DNA from: Acinetobacter phage Mokit
DNA length: 64,000 bases
Sequence record: MW388002.1
Direction: 5' to 3' (one strand)
Position 1 is the stretch's first letter; every line of letters starts with the position of its first letter. The notes beneath the pieces were generated by a model. The model ran no database searches. It saw only the letters and a program-made list of their open reading frames with translations, and was not told the origin of the DNA. The position numbers and the translations under genes are program-made. This document shows positions 9,649-17,041 of this stretch, piece by piece.

Positions 9649-9942
9649 CTATAGAAGACAACATGTTGTAATTAGCCATTGATTTTGGCGTTGTAAATTC
9701 GCTGAAGCTCTGCGATCACGTTCTTCAGTTTCACGTCTACGACGTTCATTTTCTCTTTGTCGATCTTCAAACACAGAAGTTTGTCCTTTTGATAGGTGTT
9801 TGAGTTCTTCTCGATATGCATCACGTGCTCGATAACCACCAATACGAGGCAGCCCATTCTCATATGAAGCAACATGTTTATCATTTTGCTTTGCCATTTC
9901 ATTCATACGTTTTGCAAAATTGACATATTTAGAAATACTCAT
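9649..9942 (-). CDS. basic, Arg/Glu-rich protein; start trimmed to MSISKYVNF
   Basis: GGAGAAG RBS 4 nt before the ATG at 9940-9942. The longer track ORF would read into the adjacent tRNA. Confidence 0.4.
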   Translation of the reverse strand: MSISKYVNFAKRMNEMAKQNDKHVASYENGLPRIGGYRARDAYREELKHLSKGQTSVFEDRQRENERRRRETEERDRRASANLQRQNQWLITTCCLL

Positions 9943-9962
9943 AATCTTCTCCAAAAGAAATA

Positions 9963-10051
9963 TGGCGGAAAGCAATGGAATCGAACCATAACCGAATTAA
10001 CAGTCCACTCGCTTAGCAGGCGGCGCCAATCACCTTATTGGTTTACTTTCC
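9963..10051 (-). tRNA. type-II (long variable arm) tRNA-like gene; identity unresolved (Ser GCU or Leu)
   Basis: Reverse-complement reads GGAAAGT...GGTTCGATTCC...GCTTTCCGCCA with a 7-bp acceptor stem, canonical T loop and encoded CCA. I could not hand-fold a clean anticodon stem; the best loop is CTGCTAA on a 3-bp stem. Confidence 0.4.
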
Positions 10052-10057
10052 AAAAAA

Positions 10058-10134
10058 TGGTCCGCCATAAACGATTTGAACGTTTGACCGTATCGTCCCA
10101 AACGATATGCTCTACCAGACTGAGCTAATGGCGG
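10058..10134 (-). tRNA. tRNA-Pro (UGG)
   Basis: Hand fold: acceptor CCGCCAT/ATGGCGG with C1-G72 and A73; D arm GCTC-AGTCTGGTA-GAGC; anticodon stem TATCG/CGATA with loop TTTGGGA; T arm AAACG-TTCAAAT-CGTTT; CCA encoded. Confidence 0.7.
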
Positions 10135-10253
10135 TTAATTGCTGTGAAATGTCCTTTTATACTTTCGAGCATTTCACCACTCAATAAGTAAATCTTGAAG
10201 CTTTGTTTGTTTTACAAGAGGAAACTTCGTCCTGCTTATCAAGCAATTAAATA

Positions 10254-10348
10254 TGGCGGAAGGTGAGGGGAACGATCCCTCAAGGCGTATCACTACGCTC
10301 GCTGGTTTTCAAGACCAGTGCCGTCGCCAGCCATCGGCTTGACCTTCC
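10254..10348 (-). tRNA. tRNA-Ser (UGA), type II
   Basis: Acceptor GGAAGGT/ACCTTCC; anticodon stem CTGGT/ACCAG with loop CTTGAAA; variable-arm hairpin GCGTA-GTGA-TACGC; T stem GAGGG/CCCTC; CCA encoded. Confidence 0.65.
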
Positions 10349-10400
10349 ATTTAATTAACATGACGACCTAGGAATTTACGCCATTAGGACACCTAGGACC

Positions 10401-10423
10401 ATTTACGTCATTTCTTAAATTTG
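10401..10423. repeat. 23-bp direct repeat ATTTACGTCATTTCTTAAATTTG, copy 1
   Basis: Identical copy at 10655-10677. This copy overlaps the stop codon of the small minus-strand gene 10408-10587. Confidence 0.7.
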
Positions 10424-10587
10424 TCATCCTGTTTCATACGTCCTTTGGACATTTCAAAGGCTCTGCGAAGATTGTGTTTTGTTTCTTCACGAGAATCGCC
10501 AGTGATTCTCGTGGCACTAATACCATTGCCCATCTGCACAAGTTCAACAATTGCAGGATTTACATTTCGATTAGCCATTTTATTCAT
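10408..10587 (-). CDS. small hypothetical protein (59 aa) nested in the tRNA cluster
   Basis: ATG at 10585-10587 with GGAG 7 nt upstream, TGA at 10408-10410. It falls below the 60-aa cutoff of the ORF track, whose plus-strand 10421..10672 ORF looks spurious. Confidence 0.3.
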   Translation of the reverse strand: MNKMANRNVNPAIVELVQMGNGISATRITGDSREETKHNLRRAFEMSKGRMKQDDKFKK

Positions 10588-10654
10588 AATATTACTCCAT
10601 TTGGAGTTTAAGAAAACCTTCTTGTTTTACAATGGTTTTTCTTGGAAAGGTCTT

Positions 10655-10677
10655 ATTTACGTCATTTCTTAAATTTG
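10655..10677. repeat. 23-bp direct repeat, copy 2, abutting the 3' end of tRNA-Asn
   Basis: Same 23-mer as 10401-10423. Confidence 0.7.
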
Positions 10678-10751
10678 GCTCCCCGAGCAGGTCTCGAACC
10701 TGCGACACATGGATTAACAGTCCACCGCTCTACCAACTGAGCTATCGAGGA
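10676..10751 (-). tRNA. tRNA-Asn (GUU)
   Basis: Acceptor TCCTCGA/TCGGGGA; D arm GCTC-AGTTGGTA-GAGC; anticodon stem GTGGA/TCCAT with loop CTGTTAA; T arm GCAGG-TTCGAGA-CCTGC; CCA encoded. Confidence 0.7.
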
Positions 10752-10757
10752 ATTATA

Positions 10758-10834
10758 TGGCCGATCTGACAGGACTCGAACCTGTGACCTACTGCTTAGA
10801 AGGCAGATGTTCTATCCAACTGAACTACAGACCG
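10758..10834 (-). tRNA. tRNA-Arg (UCU)
   Basis: Acceptor CGGTCTG/CAGATCG; anticodon stem TCTGC/GCAGA with loop CTTCTAA; T arm ACAGG-TTCGAGT-CCTGT; CCA encoded. T4 carries the same isoacceptor. Confidence 0.7.
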
Positions 10835-10848
10835 ATAAATTCTTAAAG

Positions 10849-10919
10849 TTCTGGCACGAGGAATCGAACCTCGGTGACTGGAGTACAAAACCAGCATAAT
10901 ACCACTATATGATGCCAGA
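10849..10919 (-). tRNA. tRNA-Thr (UGU); CCA not encoded
   Basis: Perfect acceptor TCTGGCA/TGCCAGA; anticodon loop TTTGTAC on a 4-bp stem with one T.T mismatch; T arm CGAGG-TTCGATT-CCTCG. Confidence 0.6.
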
Positions 10920-11235
10920 ACTTTAAAAACTTGATAATATTATTTATACAACCATAAAGGCACCGTCATGACCACTCATCAAGAACACAGTGAGTTAAAA
11001 CTTTTTATGATGAGATTAATAAGGTTTGATCGAAAACATTTGAACTCTGCTAAATAAAAACTTTGATCTTTAAGATTTTAGCTTTGAACTTTAGCCTTGG
11101 GATAATGTACAGGATTCGCGCTTGGGAAACCTATATCACCATCAAAGTTCTATAGCATTAGAAGTTAGCTGTTTTTAGGAAAATCAGCTAGAACCCTCTA
11201 CAGTTTTTGATCATGGCGATTATAACTTTAACCTA

Positions 11236-11802
11236 TCAGTCGAGAACAACTGTAGGGTTTGTTTCTGTTAAAATTGCATCGAATTCTAAATCAAAGAAGT
11301 CGATAGTAGTTTTGAGTTCATCAATTTCTTTTTGAATGTCCATAATCGATGGTTTTTCTCGTTGTTCCAATAATTGCTTGAACTCATCATCATTTGCAAA
11401 CTTTGCAACTTTTGCATCATAATCTCGTTCAATATTAATAAATGATGAACGAGCAGCAGCTAATTCTTTTACTAGGCGTGAATGGAGCGCCTTTAACTGT
11501 GGCAAGATATGAGTACGATAAGTAAGTGCGTCATTAATTGACATACGTTTATCGCCAACGTCTACCATTGTTTCAAAATTTGCCTTATTGATTTTAACAC
11601 GAAGGTCAAATTCTGCTGCGAGTTTATCTTTCACAGATTGTACATTTTTACGAGATGTTTCTACGAATTCAGCGGTTTTAATACCGGTAGAAGTTTCTAC
11701 ACCATTACGAAATACACCACAGAATCGCATTTCACGGAGATCATCTGCGAATACTGCACGATTACGTTTAAGTGTTACTAATGCACGAGCGATGGTAGTC
11801 AT
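11236..11802 (-). CDS. hypothetical protein (188 aa) inside the tRNA region
   Basis: ORF track; charged, helical-looking translation. Confidence 0.45.
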   Translation of the reverse strand: MTTIARALVTLKRNRAVFADDLREMRFCGVFRNGVETSTGIKTAEFVETSRKNVQSVKDKLAAEFDLRVKINKANFETMVDVGDKRMSINDALTYRTHILPQLKALHSRLVKELAAARSSFINIERDYDAKVAKFANDDEFKQLLEQREKPSIMDIQKEIDELKTTIDFFDLEFDAILTETNPTVVLD

Positions 11803-11875
11803 TTAAATTTCCTCTAATCATATAAGCTTTAAGTGTATGAAGTAATTATATAACAAATTTCGTAAAGCAAGTAAC

Positions 11876-12112
11876 TTATGAATAAGTTTTTGTTGCAATA
11901 TAAAATTCTTGTTCAATTAATTTTTCGTTGAGGCGTCTGTATGCTTCATTACGATTCAAAAATTGAGATCGTTTATTTGAAACTTCGACAACTATGCCAG
12001 TAACGACATGAGTAACACGTACACCATTGTAAGGACGATTGATCCAATTACTTGCACCTTTAGCTCTAAATTCCTGAACAATTATTTCAGAAGGAGTAAA
12101 GACATAGTTCAT
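11876..12112 (-). CDS. hypothetical protein (~78 aa); start trimmed to MNYVFTPSE
   Basis: The ORF-track N-terminus overlaps the tRNA at 12132-12208. The internal ATG at 12110-12112 has a GAGGA RBS. Confidence 0.35.
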   Translation of the reverse strand: MNYVFTPSEIIVQEFRAKGASNWINRPYNGVRVTHVVTGIVVEVSNKRSQFLNRNEAYRRLNEKLIEQEFYIATKTYS

Positions 12113-12131
12113 AACAATATCCTCAAATATA

Positions 12132-12208
12132 TGGTGGGCCCACCCGTGACTCGAACCGAGATCTGTCAAATTATGAGTTTGATGTTTTACCAATTAAACT
12201 ACAGGCCC
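12132..12208 (-). tRNA. tRNA with CAU anticodon (Met or lysidine-Ile type); T arm atypical
   Basis: Acceptor GGGCCTG/TGGGCCC (two G.U pairs); D arm GTTT-AATTGGTA-AAAC; perfect anticodon stem TCAAA/TTTGA with loop CTCATAA; T loop TTCGAGT but only 4 of 5 stem pairs; CCA encoded. Confidence 0.5.
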
Positions 12209-12212
12209 TTAA

Positions 12213-12455
12213 TTATTTTAACTTAATCTGAGCTTCAAAAACAAATCGATAATTATCGTCTGTTAAAATTTTAGCTCGTTCATAAGTGGTTGCCATTCTT
12301 AAAACAGCACCATTATATGAAACAATAGCAAATACACAATTTTTCGAGTTTTCATTAGCGATTTCGCCAACTTTAAAACGAACTTTTCTATAAGTATATT
12401 TATCATCATACTTGCATAGAAATTGTGCTAAGTTTTTAGAAAAAGTGAAACGCAT
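12213..12455 (-). CDS. hypothetical protein (80 aa)
   Basis: ORF track. Confidence 0.4.
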   Translation of the reverse strand: MRFTFSKNLAQFLCKYDDKYTYRKVRFKVGEIANENSKNCVFAIVSYNGAVLRMATTYERAKILTDDNYRFVFEAQIKLK

Positions 12456-12574
12456 AATTTTGCCTTCACCATTAAAAATCCCATAGATACTTCGTGCTGA
12501 AGTTTTATCTATACATTTGCGACAAATCTAATGTTTCATAATAATTCCTTATATAGATTCAACAAAAAATAATT

Positions 12575-12676
12575 TGGTGGATACTGGGAGTGCTTGCACC
12601 TCCAAATCAACGAGGATCATCAACTCTAGAAGTTTCACCTATTGCGCTGCTTTACTATTTAAGCTATCAGTACCCA
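12575..12676 (-). ncRNA. tRNA-like or stable-RNA candidate (~100 nt)
   Basis: Reverse-complement starts GGTACTG and ends CAGTATCCACCA (acceptor-like pairing plus CCA) with a T-arm-like GGAGG-TGCAAGC-ACTCC. The interior does not fold as a tRNA. It recalls the tRNA-like RNAs C and D of the T4 tRNA region. Confidence 0.25.
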
Positions 12677-12680
12677 TAAT

Positions 12681-12755
12681 TGGTCATCGATCGGAGATTC
12701 GAACTCCGGCACCCAGATTTAGAGTCTGTTGGTCTAACCGCTAACCTAATCGACG
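12681..12755 (-). tRNA. tRNA with CUA anticodon (amber-suppressor-type)
   Basis: Hand fold of the reverse complement: acceptor CGTCGAT/ATCGATG with A73 and CCA; D arm GGTT-AGCGGTTA-GACC; anticodon stem (A)CAGA/TCTG(G) with 7-nt loop CTCTAAA (U33, anticodon C34-U35-A36, A37); 4-nt variable loop; T arm CGGAG-TTCGAAT-CTCCG. CUA pairs with UAG. Confidence 0.5.
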
Positions 12756-12778
12756 TTAAAGTAACTTTTTAATAACAT

Positions 12779-12871
12779 CAGATGATGGGACTCGAACCAC
12801 ATATCAACCGGGTTTAACAGGCCGGTTATGCTCCAGTATCAGGCGCAAGCTTAACCAATTAGCTACTACCA
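12779..12871 (-). ncRNA. tRNA-like element with canonical T arm (GGTTCGAGTCCC) flanked by an 18-bp perfect inverted repeat
   Basis: GTAACTTTTTAATAACAT (12761-12778) is the reverse complement of ATGTTATTAAAAAGTTAC (12872-12889). Interior has D-arm-like AGCT-AATTGGTTA-AGCT and a CTGTTAA loop but no acceptor pairing. Confidence 0.3.
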
Positions 12872-12920
12872 ATGTTATTAAAAAGTTACCTCAATGAAGA
12901 GGTAACCCGAGGTAATTCAA

Positions 12921-13169
12921 TTATTGAACTAAACCTGCTTGAACAGCTGCTTCATAATCAGATTGTTCGATTGCATCAGCAATAGTTTCAAATGATTCGT
13001 CAACAAATGTTTGAATGATACTGCCGTTGCGAGCTTCAAAGGTTACACCTACTAAGCCAGATGAATATTCTACAAGACCAATAATTTTTGCAGCATCAAG
13101 AACAAAACGGCTAACATTTGTGTTTTGTTCAACAGCGCGAGATACAGTAAGAGCAATGCGAGTAGCCAT
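12921..13169 (-). CDS. hypothetical protein (82 aa) in the position of T4 internal-protein genes; no capsid-targeting sequence
   Basis: ORF track and position. Confidence 0.4.
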   Translation of the reverse strand: MATRIALTVSRAVEQNTNVSRFVLDAAKIIGLVEYSSGLVGVTFEARNGSIIQTFVDESFETIADAIEQSDYEAAVQAGLVQ

Positions 13170-13210
13170 GATGTTTTTCCTTTGTTAGGTTCAATAAATT
13201 AAAAATATAT

Positions 13211-13426
13211 TTATTCAGCAGATTTTGAACGATTCGCAATAATTGCTGAGATCAATGCGAATACCATTGAGATGAAAATAAATTTCAAGGAAATCATTCC
13301 CATCGTTTTAATTTCGACATTAGTCATGAAAATACCAAAGATTGCAGTACATAAAGATACTAGAATTCCTACAAAGAAGACCCAATATGCAGTAGTTTCA
13401 AATAATTCAATAACTTTGGCTTTCAT
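13211..13426 (-). CDS. small two-helix membrane protein (71 aa)
   Basis: Hydrophobic segments WVFFVGILVSLCTAIFGIF and ISMVFALISAIIA. Confidence 0.4.
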   Translation of the reverse strand: MKAKVIELFETTAYWVFFVGILVSLCTAIFGIFMTNVEIKTMGMISLKFIFISMVFALISAIIANRSKSAE

Positions 13427-13459
13427 GATAATTTACTCAATGTTTTATTTGATAAGACT

Positions 13460-13489
13460 ATAATAACATAAGTTATTATAGTTGTAAAC
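13460..13489 (-). promoter_or_regulatory. sigma70/T4-early-like promoter candidate (GTTTAC, 18-bp spacer, TATTAT) for the minus-strand gene run
   Basis: On the minus strand: GTTTAC (complement of 13484-13489) and TATTAT (complement of 13460-13465), upstream of the gene ending at 13426. Confidence 0.3.
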
Positions 13490-13500
13490 TGCTTTTTGAA

Positions 13501-13959
13501 TTATTTTTCCGTTGTCCAATCTAAATCAAGATCTTCAACATATTCGTGTGTTGCGCCTATGCCAATTTTGAATTCAAGTTCAGGTACTGCCATTGCGCCT
13601 ATGTCATATGCCAAAGTGATATGTGGTTTGTAGTCCGGAAAATCATAAGTGGCACCTAATGCCATTGCATAATCAAAACGTGATTGCAAGTAAGGAGAAT
13701 CCAACAATAATACTAGAGCTCGTTTGCCATCTCGTGTTTCAAATACTTCATAACCTAATGCATAAGCAATGATGCCTAAATTTTGCATAGGTTTATATGG
13801 AATATGAACACGTGAATAACAAATTGTAGAATGCAATTTATCTCGTGGTGTTGGATCAAATAGCCTGAGGCGTTCCTGCATATCACAAAGAGCATCTAAT
13901 GTCTTATCATTGAATTTGGCCGCAGCATATGTACCACGGCCAACTTCACTAAATTTCAT
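13501..13959 (-). CDS. acb1: 2H-phosphoesterase family protein, Acb1-like (T4 gene 57B homologue, anti-CBASS nuclease)
   Basis: Two H-x-T motifs (HSTICY and HITLAY); 152 aa, the size I recall for T4 57B; lies immediately upstream of the 57A and gene 1 homologues as in T4. Confidence 0.6.
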   Translation of the reverse strand: MKFSEVGRGTYAAAKFNDKTLDALCDMQERLRLFDPTPRDKLHSTICYSRVHIPYKPMQNLGIIAYALGYEVFETRDGKRALVLLLDSPYLQSRFDYAMALGATYDFPDYKPHITLAYDIGAMAVPELEFKIGIGATHEYVEDLDLDWTTEK

Positions 13960-14201
13960 TATTCTAAAGGCTCATCAACAGCTTCAACCGGCGCATTATC
14001 TGCAACTAATGCTGCAACAGTTTGAACAATTCGATCTAATTCAAGGTTACCAGTTTCATCAGGTTCAAGACCAATTACTTGACAGATCGATTGTAATGTT
14101 TGTGATAATTGTTGATTGTGCTGATGAAGCGATTGATTTGCTTCAATTGCATCCAATAATTTAGCTTTGGTTTCGAGCAGTGTTTGATTAACGTCTGACA
14201 T
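13959..14201 (-). CDS. 57A: gp57A-like tail-fiber assembly chaperone (80 aa, Gln-rich coiled coil)
   Basis: MSDVNQTLLETKAKLLDAIEANQSLHQHNQQL...; AGAGG RBS; T4 synteny. Start trimmed from the 113-aa track ORF, which overlaps gene 1. Confidence 0.5.
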   Translation of the reverse strand: MSDVNQTLLETKAKLLDAIEANQSLHQHNQQLSQTLQSICQVIGLEPDETGNLELDRIVQTVAALVADNAPVEAVDEPLE

Positions 14202-14922
14202 TTTGTAATACCTCTGTGTGAAACAAATTTGAAATCTTTTCGTAGAACTCTTCGATTGTGCCATTATTTTCAATGACTGCATCTCCAAGTCGTCTTCCAA
14301 GACCAGCTTCTGTAATATGCTGATCTGTTGTGGTAGTATTTATTATATCACGTTCTACAAAAACTGTCATTGCTTTAATATGACGCATAAAGTCAATTTC
14401 ATGTTTTTGGCGAATATCAGAAACAATGAATAATTTACTTCCGGATGCAAATGCGTTAATGTATTCAATCATCATGAGCTTCAGCCAGAAATGTTTATCA
14501 TGTGTGTTGACAACAATATCTGTACCTAGAGTTTGCATCAATCTACGAACTGACCAACTTAAACTATTTTTACGTATTGCATTTATTGCATTGAGTTTGT
14601 CTAAAAATCCATTAGGTTCAACAGTTTTTAGCCCATATTCATCTTGCAAAATTTCTATAGACTTATGCATTAAATCTACAACATTTGCATTAGATAACAT
14701 TAATGAAGTTTCACGATCATAATCGGTTTCGCCATTAAAGTCGGCAAAGGTTAAGCCTACACCGGTTTGATCAACTAAATGCAATTCTTCATATGCTCGC
14801 GCCAAAACAAGCTTAATTGGCGTTGCCAATGCATATTTTCTTGCGTTTAATTTAGTCACCATAAAATCAGCCATAGTGTCTTTGCCACTACGCTTCTTGC
14901 CTACAATAGAAACAATTGTCAT
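14188..14922 (-). CDS. 1: deoxynucleoside monophosphate kinase (T4 gp1 homologue)
   Basis: P-loop VGKKRSGKDT near the N-terminus; 244 aa, near my recollection of T4 gp1; synteny. Confidence 0.7.
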   Translation of the reverse strand: MTIVSIVGKKRSGKDTMADFMVTKLNARKYALATPIKLVLARAYEELHLVDQTGVGLTFADFNGETDYDRETSLMLSNANVVDLMHKSIEILQDEYGLKTVEPNGFLDKLNAINAIRKNSLSWSVRRLMQTLGTDIVVNTHDKHFWLKLMMIEYINAFASGSKLFIVSDIRQKHEIDFMRHIKAMTVFVERDIINTTTTDQHITEAGLGRRLGDAVIENNGTIEEFYEKISNLFHTEVLQNVRR

Positions 14923-15488
14923 ATTACCTCTCTGCTGCCATTAGTTAACATATCGGATATACTTTTCCGTGTTTCTATTATAACACCATTTTTTTCTACG
15001 GTGAAGTGGCTATATTGAAAGGTTACATTTGCAAATATTGCAGGGTCAGCTTCTTCAGTATAGTTAAATTCAAGGTCCCCAATCAGTTGCGGCCACGCGT
15101 TATGATAATGAATTGTCATTAATGGTGTGACTTTATCATTTGATAATATATGTAGCGAAATAAAATCTGGCAATACTCCAGGCAGAACACCATTATTATC
15201 GTGTGTCAAATAATTATTAAGAGACAGCATCCAGGTATAAATGTCTGTCCATGCATCTAATTTCTCGTCTATTAGTACACGACAAACTAGAGGCTCAAAT
15301 TCAAATGTAGTTCCTGGGCGGTTTGCACGTCCAAGTCCTTTTTTGCCAAGTGGTGTATTGATTGTAGGGATACTAATACCTGGAATTAAAGCGGTTTGCA
15401 CATTGAGTCTAAATGCGTCTGTTATGCCGGCATCAGGTACATCTAACAAAAAGTTAGTTATATTAGTTTGGTTGAATTGCAGTGTCAT
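14919..15488 (-). CDS. 3: tail completion and sheath stabiliser (gp3-like)
   Basis: 189 aa; position between the gene 1 and gene 2 homologues as in T4. Confidence 0.5.
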   Translation of the reverse strand: MTLQFNQTNITNFLLDVPDAGITDAFRLNVQTALIPGISIPTINTPLGKKGLGRANRPGTTFEFEPLVCRVLIDEKLDAWTDIYTWMLSLNNYLTHDNNGVLPGVLPDFISLHILSNDKVTPLMTIHYHNAWPQLIGDLEFNYTEEADPAIFANVTFQYSHFTVEKNGVIIETRKSISDMLTNGSREVI

Positions 15489-15554
15489 AATTACGCCTGT
15501 TTAAAAAATGATCATCTAAATTTATATTGCAAGTGCTATCTAAAAAGTTGATGT

Positions 15555-15624
15555 TATAATGGTTCTACCGGTTCACCGCTCTAAATTTATCTATTTGGTC
15601 GGAGAAGATAGAGTTTCAGATGAT
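15555..15624 (+). repeat. inverted-repeat copy A (~70 bp, promoter-like cassette) between genes 3 and 2
   Basis: TATAATGGTTCTACCGGTTCACCGCTCTAAATTTATCTATTTGGTCGGAGAAGATAGAGTTTCAGATGAT; partner at 55171-55239 in inverted orientation. Confidence 0.8.
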
Positions 15625-15682
15625 ATATCTGCATTGAAAATATAGAATATTGTGCTGCGCACAATGATGCGCAGCATCTAAT

Positions 15683-16522
15683 TTATTTCTTCCATACCTT
15701 TGAGGCTGCAAAACGTTTACCTTGTGATACAAATTGTTGAAGTGGCATTAACACGACATTACCCCAATCAGCAGGTTTAATTTCAACGAATTTGCCTTTT
15801 ACATGAGCAGGCAAATATGCTTTAATCATCAAGTCTGCTCCATTGAAGCCTTTAACCTTCGACCAATCAACCTTTAGCACTGTATTATTTGTGATAGTTT
15901 TTGTTGATGAATAACTTTTAAGCAGTTCTTCTAAAAATTGTTGACGTGCTTTAGGTGGAATATAATGCAAGTTAAGGCCATGAAATAAAGTTGTGCCAGC
16001 AACTTTGGAACGGGACGTTCCTAAAAATATAATTAACGGATATTTATCCCAAAATGGTAGTTTGTCTTTATGCTTAGCATCATATATAAATGCATAAAGT
16101 TTACCAGGCTGTGGTCTAACAACAGAGTGACCTCTTACACCTTTTGCTAGTGTCTCTTTGAACCATTTTTCAGATTTATTGTTGACAGCAGCACCGTCGT
16201 TTTTGATTCTTTCTCTCATTGATTGCCTAAAGCTATTAATGAGAATAGCTTCACGATCTTTAGGAGTCAATTTGTTGTTTGGTTTGTCTTTTGCTACTTC
16301 TGCTGCATACGCCAATTTTATTTTTTCTCGATAGCGTATCATGCTTCTAGTAAAAGTTGTATAAGGAATATTTTTTTCTTCAGCGAATTTTTTGGCCTGT
16401 GCACCTTTCGCCTTGGCTTTATACCATTCAACACCGATATTAACCCATGTTAATTCTTGACGTGTTATCTTTGGCTGAAGATTTTTTGGTACTTCAGCTT
16501 CATCAATTTGAAAAATGCTCAT
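15683..16522 (-). CDS. 2: DNA end-protector protein (gp2-like); start trimmed to MSIFQIDEA
   Basis: GGAG RBS plus ATG at 16520-16522. The longer track ORF would overlap gene 4 by 45 codons. Confidence 0.5.
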   Translation of the reverse strand: MSIFQIDEAEVPKNLQPKITRQELTWVNIGVEWYKAKAKGAQAKKFAEEKNIPYTTFTRSMIRYREKIKLAYAAEVAKDKPNNKLTPKDREAILINSFRQSMRERIKNDGAAVNNKSEKWFKETLAKGVRGHSVVRPQPGKLYAFIYDAKHKDKLPFWDKYPLIIFLGTSRSKVAGTTLFHGLNLHYIPPKARQQFLEELLKSYSSTKTITNNTVLKVDWSKVKGFNGADLMIKAYLPAHVKGKFVEIKPADWGNVVLMPLQQFVSQGKRFAASKVWKK

Positions 16523-16530
16523 GATTACTC

Positions 16531-16980
16531 CTATATTCGCATACCAAGTTTTCTGAGACCTTCTTCCGTTAGTACTCTGAATTTTACATTTCGTTTTTCT
16601 GCAAGAGCTTGTGCAGCTTTCCATTTGTCGCAGTTCACCTGCCATGTGTAGCACTCGTCAATATATCTACGTTTAGCGCCGGCTGTCATTTTCGCAGGTG
16701 GCTTAGGCGGAGCAGTTTCCTTTTTAGGTTTTATTTCAATAAAGAACTCTTGGCCTTCATGAGTTTTGAACCAAACATCCATAAAATATCTGCGTTTCTT
16801 GCCATCTGCGTTAGAAAAATATTGAATTACTACTTCTTCTGATGACCAATATTTGACACGTGGATCTTTATCTAGCCATTCAAAATACCACTTTTCCCAT
16901 GTCGATCTATACGTAACTTTGTCTACATGTCCTCTATATTTATCTTTATTCTTTACAATGTATTTGCCACTATACGCCAC
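16531..16980 (-). CDS. 4: head completion protein (gp4-like), 149 aa
   Basis: Size and position, divergent from gene 53 as in T4. Confidence 0.5.
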   Translation of the reverse strand: MAYSGKYIVKNKDKYRGHVDKVTYRSTWEKWYFEWLDKDPRVKYWSSEEVVIQYFSNADGKKRRYFMDVWFKTHEGQEFFIEIKPKKETAPPKPPAKMTAGAKRRYIDECYTWQVNCDKWKAAQALAEKRNVKFRVLTEEGLRKLGMRI

Positions 16981-16997
16981 ATCTACATCTCCTTACT

Positions 16998-17005
16998 TAT
17001 AAATA
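16998..17005 (+). promoter_or_regulatory. T4-type late promoter TATAAATA upstream of gene 53
   Basis: Exact 8-mer ~37 nt upstream of the gene 53 start. Confidence 0.6.
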
Positions 17006-17041
17006 CTTTTATTAAAATTTTATTTATAAATGGAGATCGTT

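Noticed and set aside
10421-10672. Plus-strand 83-aa ORF from the track in the tRNA region
   Set aside because: Low-complexity hydrophobic translation with no RBS. It is antisense to a minus-strand small gene that does have an RBS, and it spans both copies of the 23-bp repeat. Treated as spurious.
17021-17031. Second TATAAAT(G) just before gene 53
   Set aside because: The eighth base is G, not A, so it is not the consensus late promoter. The upstream exact match at 16998-17005 was used.
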